From contig NC_045697.1 in NCBI RefSeq assembly GCF_009834535.1, positions 47,184,001 through 47,248,000 on the forward strand: 64,000 nt of DNA, read 5' to 3'. A model generated the notes under the pieces. That model made no database searches, had not been told where the DNA came from, and worked only from the letters and a program-made list of their open reading frames with translations. The stretch is from Camelus ferus (Eukaryota). This document shows, one piece after another, positions 15,461-28,270 of the stretch (the first letter of the stretch is position 1; each line of letters starts with the position of its first letter). The position numbers and the translations under genes are program-made.

Positions 15461-15849
15461 TGTAGGAATAACCCCTACAACAAGAACTTCAGGAAATTTA
15501 TCCACCACAATGTTTATACCTGTTATACTTATTCACTGCCTCTCTCCTCGACTAGGTTGTAAGCTCTATAAGGACAAAGACCATGTACAACTCACTTATC
15601 ACAGTATCATCAATGCCTATTACCTTGCCTAGCACTCAAATACTTGCTGAGTGAATGACTTAACATTCATAAACTGGTTCTACAAGAAGTCATCCTAATT
15701 GACAAACTGCAATTACTACATTGATCTTCTATGAATAAAAAGCAATTAACCTCTGATTCATCATTTTCCCTTGGTGTTGACCATTCTTTTAATATACAAT
15801 ACAGATTAAGAAACAGAATTTCACTTCTTTACCATGTAAACCATTAAAT

Positions 15850-17400
15850 CATTCATTCAGCAATATACATATTAACTGCTCACAAGGTGCCAAGCACAAT
15901 TCTAAGTGGTAAGAACACAATTAACTATAAGGAGTTCAGAGAACCCCCATTGTCTTTTGTGAGGTTACATCCCAGAGTGACTGAAACAAGATATACAAGT
16001 AAAATATCCACTATATGAGGTGATACACTATGAGGAGAAAAAAATTAAAGTAGGGATGGCTGATAGACTAGAAAATTGTGTTGGGGGGCAGGGATTTGGT
16101 TAAAATGTTAATCTAGATGTGTAGGGAAGGCCTGGGGTGACCCTGAGTAAAGACGGGAATTGAGGGAATGAGCCACACAGGTATCAGGACAAGTGCTTTC
16201 CACGTAGATAGGAGGTGGTACTGCAAAGGCCTGGCGGCAGATACTTTTGAAAAACAGCAGAGACCAGAAAGCCCGGAGCAGAATGAAAAATGGGGGTATA
16301 ATAGAAAAAGAGGCCAAAGGGTTAAAAGGGAGCCAGATCATACAGGGTTTTATGTATGCGTGAGGGTAAAAACTTGCCTTTTGCTCTCAGTAAAATAGGA
16401 AGCTACAGGATGGTTATGAGCAGGAGTGACAAGACTGGATTCATATTTTAATATGACCACTCTGGCTACTGTGTTGGGGACAGAGTGAAGGCAGGCAACA
16501 TTAGAGGTAGGGAAGCCAGTTTGTAGGCTACTGCAATCATTCTCTTGAAGGACAGTGGTTTTGGCCAGTGTAATGGGAATAGTGAGAAATAAGAAAATTC
16601 TTGATATATTTTGAAGGTAGAGCTGACCAGATTTCTTGACGATGCTGGATGTGAGACAAAAAAGGGAGCTAAAAATGACTTCAAGGTTTTTGGACTGAGG
16701 AACTGGAAAGATGAAGTCAACATTAATTGAGATGGAGAAGACCATGCTGGAAAACAGCTCAACAAGGATCTCTCATATTTCTGCCTATCTTGCAAGCAGA
16801 GGCACTGGCCGCCTTTATTCTGGACCATCTTTTCAATATTGTCTGCATAGTGAACAGTGTTCGAAGATAGAGTGAGTATCCCTCTGGAGCAAGGGGCAGT
16901 TTGTTTGCTGCCCAACATAATAAAGATAATATCTGCTCCATCTCCCTTGAAGCAGACTTAATGCCCATTATAAAAGATTCTAGTTCCCAAAGCTCAGAGT
17001 TCCTCTCTGTAACACCATCCACTACGTGTATGAGCATCACCTGGCCCTTTCACATTGCCCTCTGGGAACTGAGGCTCCGGGCAGTGGAGCAAACACTGAT
17101 ATTCTGGCTACAGGTATTGCTCTCATAAAAAACTTTGTCTCATGTCTTCTGCCAGCATCTAGGAAACTAAGACAGGCTAACTTGTCAGTTTACAAGTAGT
17201 GTAAAATCTCAAAATCATAACAGTTCTTGACATACAACAGGAAAGGTTTGGGGCAGAAAATCAAGAGCACAGTTTGGGGCATGTTAAGTTAGAGATGCCT
17301 ACTGGACATTCAATTGGAGATATGGAATTAGCAGTTAGATTTCCAAGTGTAAAGTTTAGAGAAGTGATCAAAGTAAAAGAGATACATTTAAGAGCTATCC
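15850..17400 (-). mobile_element. LINE-2 relic interrupted by a solo LTR
   Basis: L2-type phrases (cattcattcagcaata; tattttgaaggtagagctgac; gggcatgttaagttagagatgcct) on both sides of the LTR. Confidence 0.7.
16745..17232 (+). mobile_element. Solo ERVL LTR (LTR40-like)
   Basis: TG...CA termini, about 490 bp, internal TATAAAA, and a 3' end gtaaaatctcaaaatcataacagttcttgaca. The TSD is degenerate. Confidence 0.7.
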
Positions 17401-17810
17401 TTACTGATGCCTTAGTTTTTTATCGATTGTTATTTATAGCCACAAGGAGGAGGATAGTTTTATTCCTACAACCTAAAAAATTGCCCCCCCCCAAATCTCA
17501 TTATTTGAAAGTAAAGCATCATTATACTCATCACCAAGGATGTTCTAAAATCAATAATCTTTTATATGCTCTTAGTGGATGTGGAAATTAGTAAAATATT
17601 TCCACCATAACCATATTTAGAGATTATATACCGTATATCAAGAAACTTAAAACCTTAAAACCTTTTTGTCATGATGTTATTTATAGAATTCTACCATAAA
17701 GAAATTGTTAGTGAAGATGCAGAAACATGTATTTCCAGCAACATGCAAATAATTACGTAAATAATGTCACAAGGGATGACATATTGTGTAAGCATTAAGA
17801 ATGCTTACAA

Positions 17811-17964
17811 CAGGGAACTATATTCAGTGTCTTATAATAATTTCTGGTTAAAAAGAATATGAAAATGAATATATGTATGTTCCTAAATGACTGAAGTATT
17901 GTGCTGTACACCAGAAATTGACACAACATTGTAAACTGACTACACTTCAATAAAAATATTTTTA
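17811..17964 (+). mobile_element. Short 5'-truncated L1 3' end (cetartiodactyl type)
   Basis: Similar to the 3' UTR of the 35-42 kb L1 (tgtgctgtacaccagaaattgacacaacattgtaaa). 11 bp TSD AATGCTTACAA at 17800-17810 and 17965-17975. Confidence 0.85.
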
Positions 17965-18010
17965 AATGCTTACAAAAACACTAATATGATTGTTAAAATA
18001 TAACATACTA

Positions 18011-18361
18011 CAGTGGGCACTCCATATTCATGGCTTCCACAGTTGCAGATTAACCAACTATGAAAACATTTCTCCCCCTCCAAGAAAAATTCCAGAAAGC
18101 TCCAAAAGGCAAAATTTGAATTTGCCACAAGTAGGCATCTATCTACACAATATTTACATTGTATTTACAACTATTCACATAGCATTTAGATTGTATTAGG
18201 TATTATAAGTAATCTAGAGAGGACTCAAGGTATGCAAGACAATGTATGTATTTTATGTGTATATGCTACCCAATTCTATATAAGGGACTTGAGCATCCTC
18301 ACATTTTGATGTCTCAGAGAGGGCCTGGAATCAATTCCTTGTGGATACCGAAAGACAGTTA
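18011..18361. mobile_element. MER2-type (Tigger) non-autonomous DNA transposon
   Basis: TA-CAGTGGGCACTCCATATTCATGG start, internal taggtattataagtaatctagag, and end ccttgtggataccgaaagacag. Confidence 0.75.
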
Positions 18362-21300
18362 TTTATACATAACAATCTTAGTTGGCTTCAGGTACAGCTG
18401 CATTCAAGACACCAAGTATCTGTCTTTTAACCGATAAAATTCCTTTTCTCGTACACTAAATTGAGATGCATTCCTTTTGTTTACCGTTAAGCCAAATCCT
18501 AAACAGTTAACAAGTACCTTAGCAGCTGGATCAAGTCTTAGAAGTTAGCCCTCACCTGTAAGATTATTTCCATAGGGATGCAAATATCATGTATTTCTCA
18601 TTGACTGAGAACCACATATATAAAATGTTTCCAAGAAAGAAACTTAACAAACAAAAAATCAGTGATTTAGCATTATGATACTCCTGTGTTCTGAGTGTTA
18701 GATAACAGCAAGATAAAGTGGGCTGACACCATACAGATAGTTCCCTATAATGCTTAATATATCACTTTAGGATCCAGTTTATACTAAATAAAAGAAATTA
18801 TATATTTGCATATGTAGACATTATATGCCCAGAGACTTACATATGAATATCATCACCAAAATTACTAACATTGATTTTCCACATGACTGCCAAAATTTAA
18901 CACAGTTCTCTAACACTTCTGTTTGAAACAGACTTCAGAGACCATCACAAATTCTTTTCAGTAGTATAATGTGGGAAATTTCCCACTTTCTGAGACTGAA
19001 CAGAAGTTCAAAAATAGTTATAAGCTGTCCCTAACCAAGTCAACTAACTGAAGAGAGATAAAACTTTTGATGGGTTTCAACATTTGGGGGCGGCAGCAGG
19101 GGAAACTGTGTGGAAGCCAGACAAGTCAGTAAGTTAATTTATGTATTTTATAAAATGGTACTGAAATTTCTTAAATGACTTCTGAAACATGTTGTAAGAA
19201 ATTTCTTTCTTACTGGACAAAAATAGACCTTCTTGATAGAGATTATTTGATAAAAATATTCATTTACGTGTAATTTTTATCAAAAAGATCAAACTCATCA
19301 CCTTAGATACATATATATACACCAACTTTTTAAATTATTTTTATAAAGTTCAGAAAGAAAAAAGAAGTTCCTGTCATGTTTAAAATTAACAAGCCTTGAA
19401 TCTGTCATCTCCTGTATATATGTATGTGTGAAATTCTGTGTATGTGTTTTCATATGCATATGTGTTTTCACCTGCAAATATTGAGCAATACATATAACCA
19501 CAGCTTTACAATTCTACACAATATTAATAATTAAGTGTATAATGATTATGTACTGCACGATTAGCAGAAAGTGGGTTTTAGAAATTTAGTCAAGTATTTA
19601 CTGTCTTACTCTAGGCCTATTTCATCTGTAAAATTGTGTTAACAATTACAGATCATCTCCAGGCATTCTTCAACTCTCAGGAACTAGGGATTACAAAGTA
19701 GTCTCAAATACCCCACAATCTAGCAGGAAGTATGTAAAAACAAATAAAGTATCATAACAAGTGGCGTAAGAGAATTATGTTCAAAGTACATGGAACCAAA
19801 AAGAAGTTGTAGTATATGGAGAAAAATCAGAAAAGTTGTCACTAAAGAAGTAATCTAAGAGCTGAATCCAGAAGAATGTACAGGAGTTTCCAAATAGGTA
19901 AAGTAAAGACATGGGCGGGGGTGGGGGGGGGTGTAGGAAACAAGTGTAAAAACATCGGAGGTGGAGCACCTCCAAAATAGAAATTCAAGGAACGCCAAAA
20001 ATCTGTCCTTCCAAAAAAGCAATAAGAAACTGGCAAAATTTGAAAAATTGTCAAAACCTATTTTTTCACGACTCTGGAAATTAAACAAAGACTTGCAACA
20101 ATTCAAGGAGCTTTTATTCAAGAAAAATGACAATCTCAGTAGAAACAGTGAGCTTTGTGACATTTTAACTTGTCCTATTTTCATCATTCTCTCCCAGCTC
20201 CATGGTAGTCTTGAAAAGATAAAGCTCACAACCACAGTAACTACAAAAATTACTAGCCTTGCAGAAAATGGAAGAAACAAAACAGGATTGGACTTACCAA
20301 AAAGCCTGACTCGTCACTATTAGACATGCCAAGTAGCTCCCTGGAAAAGCTCTATTCTCAGGGCTTATCATTATCTGACCTGACTCATAACTCAAACTGT
20401 GCAAAAAGCTCTATCACTAGACTGTTTTTTTTTTTTAACAATCAGCAACAACTGAATAACAATGCAGCTGTCTTATGCAATGATACAAGCTAAGGACAAT
20501 AAGAAGTTGACCAGAAAAATTTACATAGAAAAACTGGAAATGAGATTTTATAGGGAAACTTAAAAGCTCTGACACATTCCTGGGAACTCAGAAGACCACA
20601 CACATGTACAGAGTAGAATGACACACCCAGGGAAGCACTGGGAAGGCCTAGCCTCTCAGCTCTAGGTGACACTGAAGCTCTGCAGAAGAAGTGCAGGCTA
20701 AAGCAGAATTATAAACTGCATCAGGAAACTGAATTCTTGACAACACACACAGAGAGCCCATTGGCAAAAGCCGGAAGACGTACTGATTCCAGGTGTTTAA
20801 TGAAGTATCTGTTCTATCATTAGCTGACCACTAACCTAACTAAGCAGAGACTTCAGTGGCAATTCATTAAAGAAAGAAAAAAAAAAAAAAAAAAAAACAC
20901 TCCAGGAAAGACTAAACATAAAACCACCACAACAAATTCTGGGAAGTGGAAGACTCTGATTTACAGAGTTACCACATTGTTATTTAAAATGTCCAGTTTT
21001 CATTTCATTTTGAAATTTTTGATTCAAAGACACAAACAAGTTGAAAGTAAAAGAATGTAACATACATACCATACAAACAGTAACCAAATAAGGTGCCAGA
21101 ACGGCTATACTAATATCAGATAAAGTAGGCTTTAAGACAAATAGTTACTAGAAACAAGGAAAAGCATTTTATAATAATGAAAGAGTCAACTTATCAGAAA
21201 AATCTAATAATTATAAACATTTATATACTTAAAAGCAAAGCCCCAAAATACATGAAGCACAAACTGACAGAAATGAAAAGAGAAATAGATATTTAAGCAA

Positions 21301-22462
21301 TAAAAGTTGGAGAATTAAATACTCCACTTTCAGCAATGGATAGAAAAATAGGCAGAAGGTCAACAAGAAAATAAGACTTAAATACTATTAACCAACTGGA
21401 CCTAGAAGGTATTTATAGAATACACCCCTCAATGATGGCAGAGAGCACATTTATGAAGTACTTATGGAACATCCTACAGGATAGACCACATGCCACAGCA
21501 TAAAAAAGCCTCAATATATTTTAAAAGACTGAAATCATACAAACTATGTTCTTCAACTACAATGGATTAAAATTAAAAATCAAACACAAAAATAACTCAC
21601 AAATAAAACAACACACTCATAAAAAACCAATGGACCAAAGAAAGAATCACAAGGGAAATGAGAAGACACTTCAAGGTGAATGAAAATGAAAAAAAAAAAT
21701 CATACCAAAACTTGTAAGATGCAGTTAAAGCAGTTCTTGGAGAGAAAATCATAGCTGTAAACAGATACATTCAAATAGGATGAGAGGGCTCAAATCAGTA
21801 ACCTAACTTCCCATGTTAAAATCTAGAAAAGGTGAATACATTATACTCAAAGAAAAAAAAAGGAAATAATAAAATTAAAGTAAACATAAATTAGAAAATA
21901 AAAAGCTAATAGAGAAAACAACAAAACCAATTTTTTTTCTTTAAAAAGATCAACAAAACTGGTAACATCTGGCTAAACCGACCAAGAAACAGAAGAGACA
22001 CATTACTAAAATCAAGGATAAAGAAGAGATAACATTACCAACATCACAGAAATAAAAAGGATTAAAAAGCAACTTTATGTCAACAAATTAGATAACCTAG
22101 ATGGAATCAATGAATTTCTACAAAGATACAAATTACCAAACTGAGACAAAAATAAATAGAAAATTTAAATAAACCTGTAGCAAGTAGAGAGATTGCACTA
22201 GTAATCAAAAAACTTCCAAGAAAAGCCCAAGACCAACAGGCTTCACTAGTGAATTGTATCAAATGCTTAAACACCAATCCTTCACAAACTCTTCCATAAA
22301 ATAGAAGAGAAGGGAACACTTCTCAATCTATTCTGTGAAAACCCAACCACTTCACAAGAAATTACAGACCAACATCCCTTGTGAATATAAACGTGAAAAT
22401 CCTTGACAAAATACTAGCAGACCAAATCCAGGAATATACTAAAAAAAAAATTTTTTTAAAGT

Positions 22463-22532
22463 ATGTATATACATATATGTATGTATGTGTACACACACAC
22501 ACACACACACACACACACCACACACACACACA
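22463..22532. repeat. Compound (TATG/TA)-(CA)n microsatellite within an L1
   Basis: Read directly. Confidence 0.9.
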
Positions 22533-22887
22533 TTGTGACCAAGTGGGATTTACCCCAGGAGTGCACAGAGTTGGCTCAACATATGAAAATCAAGCATGTA
22601 ATAAAACATATTAACAGAATAAAGAATAAAAGCACATGACCATCTTAATAAAAACAGAAAAACATTTGAAAAAATCCACCACTTCCATGATAACAGTACT
22701 CAACAAACCAGGAATAGAAGGAAAGTTTCTCATGTGATAAAGAGCAATTACCAAAAACCCACAGCTAACATCATACCTAATGGTGAAAGACTGAAAACTT
22801 TCCCCATGATATCAGGAACAACAATGTCTGTTTTTACCATTTCTATTCAATGTTGTGTAGGAGACTCTAGCCAGGGTAATTTAAATA

Positions 22888-22946
<59 letters not shown>
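22888..22946. repeat. (TAAA)~14 microsatellite
   Basis: Read directly. Confidence 0.95.
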
Positions 22947-24865
22947 CAGACCATTCAAACTGAAAAGAAATAAAATTAACTATTTGTAGATGACATAATC
23001 TTGTACACAGAGAAGACTGAAAATCCACACAGAAAAGCTATCAGAGATAATAAACAAGTTCAGTAGGTTACAGGATACAAGATTATTACAGCAAAAATAA
23101 ATTATATATACACTAGCAATGAACAATCTGAGAAAGAAATTAAGAAAACAATTCCATTGACAATAGCATCAATCTTTTTTTTAAAAGTTAACAAAAGAGA
23201 TAAAAGACTTGTATACTAAAAACTACAAAACATCACTGAAAGAAATTAAAGGTCTAAATAAATGGAAAGCCATCCCTCATTCACAAATTGGAAGAATAAA
23301 CTATTAAGATGGTAATATTCCCCAAGTACTCCCCAATTCCCCATTAAAAAAAATAAAATAAACTCCCAATGTCCCTATCAAATCCTTTTTTTTTCAGGAA
23401 CTAGACAAGCTGATTCTAAAATTTATATAGAAACTTAAGGGACTCAAAAATACCAAAACAATCTTGAAGAAAGTTGGAAGACACACACTTTCAAATTTCA
23501 AAACTACTTACAAAGCTACAGCAACCAAGACAGTGTGGTACTGGCATAAGGACAGACATTTGGGTCACAAAAATAAGCCCATACATTTATGGTTAATTGA
23601 TATCCAACAAGAGTGACAATGCAATTCAATGAGAAAGGAAGTCTTTTCAACAAATGGTGCTAGGGCAACTGGACAGTCACAGGTAAATGAATGAGAGTGG
23701 ACCTCTACTTCAAACCATACACAAAAATTAACTCAAAATGGATGAAAGACCTAAACATAAGAACTAAAACTATAAAACTCTTAGAAGAAAACAGGTGTAA
23801 ATCTTCATGGCCTTGGATTAGGCAATATATTTTAAAACATGACACCAGAAGCACAAGTAACCAAAGAAAAAATAAATTGGAATTCATCAAAATTTTACAC
23901 TTTTGTGCTTCAAAGAACACTATTAAGAAAAAGACAGAGACAACTACTCTGTTAATAAAATATTCAATTTGACACCCTTTTTGAAAAACTGAAAACATAA
24001 TCCAAAGAACAGAAGACATTTACAAATCCTTTATCTGATAAAAATCTAGTATGCAGAATCTATAAAGAATTCTTACCATTGAACAATAAAAGATAAATAA
24101 CCCAATTTTGGGGGGCCATAGATTTTAATACAACTTTCTCCAAAGAAGACATACAAATGACGCAATAAGCACATGAAAAGATGCTCAGCATTACCGGTCA
24201 TCAGGGAAACACAAATCAAAATCATAACGAGATACCTCTTCACAGCCACTAGGATCGCTACAATCCAAAAGACAGACAACGTGTTGGTGAGAATGTAAAA
24301 CAACTGGAAACCGTCATAAATTTCAAGAGAATATAAAATAGTGCAGCCACTATGGAAAAATCTTGGCAGTTCCTCAAAAAGTTAAACATAGAGTTACCAT
24401 ATGACCCAGTAACTCTATTCCTAAAAATATAACCAGAAGAACTTTTCTTTTCCTATGCATTCACACAAAAACTTATACATAAATGTTCATTATAGCATTA
24501 TTCATTACAGCCAAAATGTGGAAACAACCCAAACTGATTAATGGACAAACAAAATGTGGTTATTACCCAAATAATGTAATATTATTCAGCCATAAAAATG
24601 AATGACATATAGATATATGAAAAACACGGATGAAACCTGAAAACATGTTAAGTGAAAGAAGTCAGACACAAAGGCCACATATGATTCCATTTATATGAAA
24701 TGCCCAGAATAGGCAAACAAACAAAGAAAACAGACTGCTGACCACAAAGGTTTGGGGTAGGGAAGGAAAAATGGGAAGTGACTGCTAATGAATACAGGGC
24801 TTCTTTTTGGAGTAATGAAAACGTTCTAGAATTAGATAGCGGTGGTGGTTCAAACGCACTAAATA

Positions 24866-25344
24866 CAGATGGTCCCCAACTTACTGTGGTTCAACTTAAC
24901 AAATTTTTGACACTATGATGGTGCAAAAGCAATATGCATTCAGCAGAAACTGTACTTCAAATTTTAATTTTGATCTTTTCCCAGCCTAGGATATGCAGTA
25001 AGATGTTCTTTTGTGATGCTGGGCATTGAGCTGCAGCTCCCAGTCACCCCATGACCACAAGGGGAACAACCCATTCTTCCAACCATTCTGTTTTTCACCT
25101 TCTATACAGTATTCAATAAATTAAATTACATAAGACGTTCAATAGTTTATTATAAAACAGGCTTTGTATTAAATAATTCTGCCCAAATGTAGGCTAATGT
25201 AAGTGTTCTGAGCATGTTTAAGGTAAAGTAGGCTAAGCTATGATGTTTAGTAGGTTAGGTGAATTAAATGTTTTCAACTTATGATATTTTCCATTTACAA
25301 TGGTTCACTGGGACACAGCCTTATCATAAATCAAGGAAAATCTG
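24866..25344 (-). mobile_element. MER47/Tigger5-type non-autonomous DNA transposon nested in the L1 3' UTR
   Basis: TA-CAGATGGTCCCCAACTTAC ... AAATCAAGGAAAATCTG-TA inverted termini with a TA duplication. The internal sequence resembles MER47. Confidence 0.8.
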
Positions 25345-25639
25345 TATACTAAAATACAAAAATCATTAAATAGTACACTTTAAACCGAGTTCTCTGATAT
25401 GTAAATTATATCTCAATAAAGCTCTTATTTTAAAAATCAGAGTATGTCCAAGGAATTACAACTAGCTCCTCATAGCTGACATACAGGCCCCAAAACATGA
25501 ATTTATGGGAGATAAGGCATGGGAAAGAGTCAGATACAATTCTAATCACGAAAGATCATTGCTAAGATGTTTGAACTTTGTCCTGCAGGAGAAAAGGAAA
25601 CCATAGAAGAATTTAAAGCAAAGGTGTATATTCATCAGA

Positions 25640-28270
25640 TTTGCACTAGAAAGTAATTCTGTAGTAATTGCATTTCTATACAAGAGCAGCCAAGATAAAA
25701 ATGGAAACAAATAAAGACAGCATTTATGACAGCAACAAGATAATAAAAGCACCAAGGAATCAATCAAATAGAGGATGTATAAAAGCTGTATGAGGTAAAT
25801 TATAAATCATTAATGAAAGACAAAGAAAACTGACATAAGTGGAGTTTTATATATCTATACGTTTATGGAAAAGAAGGCTCTATGTTACATAGCTTCCAAT
25901 TTCTCACAGGTTATTTGATAAATCCAATGTCATTCAAATAAAAATCTTAGTTTTTCATGGAACTAGATATGCTGATTCTAAGACTCACATATAAGTGCAA
26001 AGAATTAAGAATAGCCAACAATTTTTAAAAGGAATAAAATACAGGGATGGGGGTTAGTCACTTTACCAATTATCAAGATTATAAACTCTGATAAGATTAT
26101 GTGGTAAAGGCACAGTAAACAGAGAATCACAGAATAACACAGAAAACTCAGAAACAGCTACTTACATATGAAAACTGTAAAAAGAAAAAATATAAATGAC
26201 ATCAGAGATATTGCATTCATATCATTGGGAAAAGGGTAAATTTATCAATTAGATCATTACCCCATAATACATCAAATATAAATTTAATAATTTAAACATA
26301 TTAATATAAAAAATTAAACATTAAAAGTTTTAAAATACAGTAAAATGTATGTATGAATTTGAGGTAGGGAAGACTTTTTTACATTAGACATTAACAAACT
26401 CAAAATGATGAATACTAATAAAGTTGACCACATTAAAATGTAAATTACAATTTCTTTTTCTAGCAACTACAGATTCATGGTAGACCACCTTTCCTAGTAC
26501 AGTAGTCCTTAAAATGCTGGATATAATAACCATGGAGGCAGATCAAGAGAACTGCTTGAAACAAGAACAAGTAGAAAGGTTAAATCCATAAGCTGCACTG
26601 GAGCCAAAGGCCAACACTGGAGCAGGGTGGAAGGGCACAATGGGACCACCACATAAAGCCCAGATCCGCAAAGTACTTCACCCTCAGTGTGAAATAGATA
26701 CCAATCCACCCTGCAGATGATGCTAAAGAGATACATGCCTCGGCCTCAGTCTTGGCTCTGAATGAAGTGAGAGAGTCTCCTGAGTCTTTCTAAGCAAGAT
26801 CCAAATTGTCAGAGATTTGGAACTCAGCTACCTGTATTGACCAAAAAAAAAAAAAAAAAAAAAAAATCTAAGCCAATAATTTAAAGCAGCCCTGGTGCGT
26901 ACCCAGGGGTCTGGTACAGATAAACTCAAATTTTCTCTAGAGGAAGGCACTCAGACCTCAAAAAACCCCAAGCAGTGAGAATGAATGAAATGTGAGCACA
27001 CAATAACAAATATTTTAAAAAGAAGGAAATCACTGAGTATTCAAGAAACTAGGCACCATGAACAAAAGTCAAAGAACAATCAAACTACCCAATGAGACTT
27101 GAAAAGACTAAAAAATACTAGAATTACCATAGAATATAAAATAACTATGTTCTTCATATTTAAAGAAACAAAATAGGAAACTGAAAATATAAAACAGGAT
27201 TAAGATGTTATCAAAATTGACAAGGCCAAAAAAACTGGCCAGGCAATTTTACAACACAAATTGAATTCCTAATGTGAAAAATACAAGAACTGAAAAGGGT
27301 AAACCGCAGATGAAGCATACCTGACGGAGGAAAACTGAAAGATATATCTGAATTCAGTAGAGTACTGACATATACCAAAATGCAGCACAAAGGGTCAAAG
27401 ATGGAACATGGGAAAGAGAAGTTATGAGACTTGGAGGAAAAGACGTGGAGAAAAGACTTGGAGAAAAGACCTGGAGGACTTGGTGAAAAGATTCAATAAA
27501 CCTCTGTCACCTAAGAGAACTGGGAAGAGGCATCGTTAGAAAGGCTATGGTTGAGAATTTCTCCAGAACTAATGAACACCACCAATCAGCAGATAGCAGA
27601 TTCAGAAAACCATACTTACACCATCATAGGGAAAGAGCACACCATCAAAGAGCAAACAAAGCCACCACTGAGAAAACACACATTATCCACAAAGGCAGAG
27701 TGACCAGCCTCTCAACAGTGAAAGGAGGTAAGGAAGGCACAGAATGAAACCTCCAAAATGCTAAAAGAAAATAACTGTCTGCCTAGAATTCTGTATCAAG
27801 CAAAACTCTTTTTAGAATGAAGATGAAATAAAAACTTTTCCGGCTAACAAAATGACCTTTATTAACTTTAAAGGAAGAATGTGTCAGAGAGAAAGCAACT
27901 GAGCCTAGAGGGAAAGTCTGCCGTACAAGAAAGAATGATAAACAAAGAGGATAACTATTAAACACTGACTTATAAAACAATAAGTATAATGTCAAATTTG
28001 TAGATTAAAGAAAAGTGACAACAGAGGCAAAATCCTAGACAATAAGATCATAAAGCAGGAGAGAGTGGTGATGCTACAAAGGAGTTTGAGCATTCTACAG
28101 TTCTCATAAGATTTGGCATTTAGATATTAACTTCCATCTTGTGTTAAACAATCACTAAAAGAACAGGAGAAAAAAGTATGTAACTTCTGATTTAATAGAG
28201 GGGGGAAAATGAAATAAAGAGAACCTTAATCAGTCCCAAAAAAGCAAAAAGAAGGATTTTAAAAAGATAA
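25640..28270 (+). mobile_element. Very old L1 fragments (an ORF2 3' piece, then a 5'/ORF1-like piece)
   Basis: A-rich degenerate L1-like phrases such as gttgcatttctata-like, ggaactagatatgctgattcta, gagaatttctccagaact and cctagaattctgtatc. Confidence 0.6.
27428..27489. repeat. 13 bp minisatellite GACTTGGAGAAAA, about 5 degenerate units
   Basis: gacttggaggaaaa gacgtggagaaaa gacttggagaaaa gacctggag gacttggtgaaaa. Confidence 0.85.

Larger units (their letters stand above)
19940..25430 (+). mobile_element. Old LINE-1 (L1MB-like): 5' region joined to ORF2 and 3' UTR, ORF1 missing
   Basis: ORF2 relics ([33 protein letters not shown]) run from about 21020. The L1MB-type 3' UTR ends in tatctcaataaagct at about 25420. 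The 5' part (about 19940-21000) resembles an old L1 5' end. Confidence 0.85.

Noticed and set aside
18545..18575. AG|GTGAGG as a recursive splice site (similar AG|GTAAGC at about 4500)
   Set aside because: The pyrimidine tract is weak, and such motifs are expected by chance in an intron this long.
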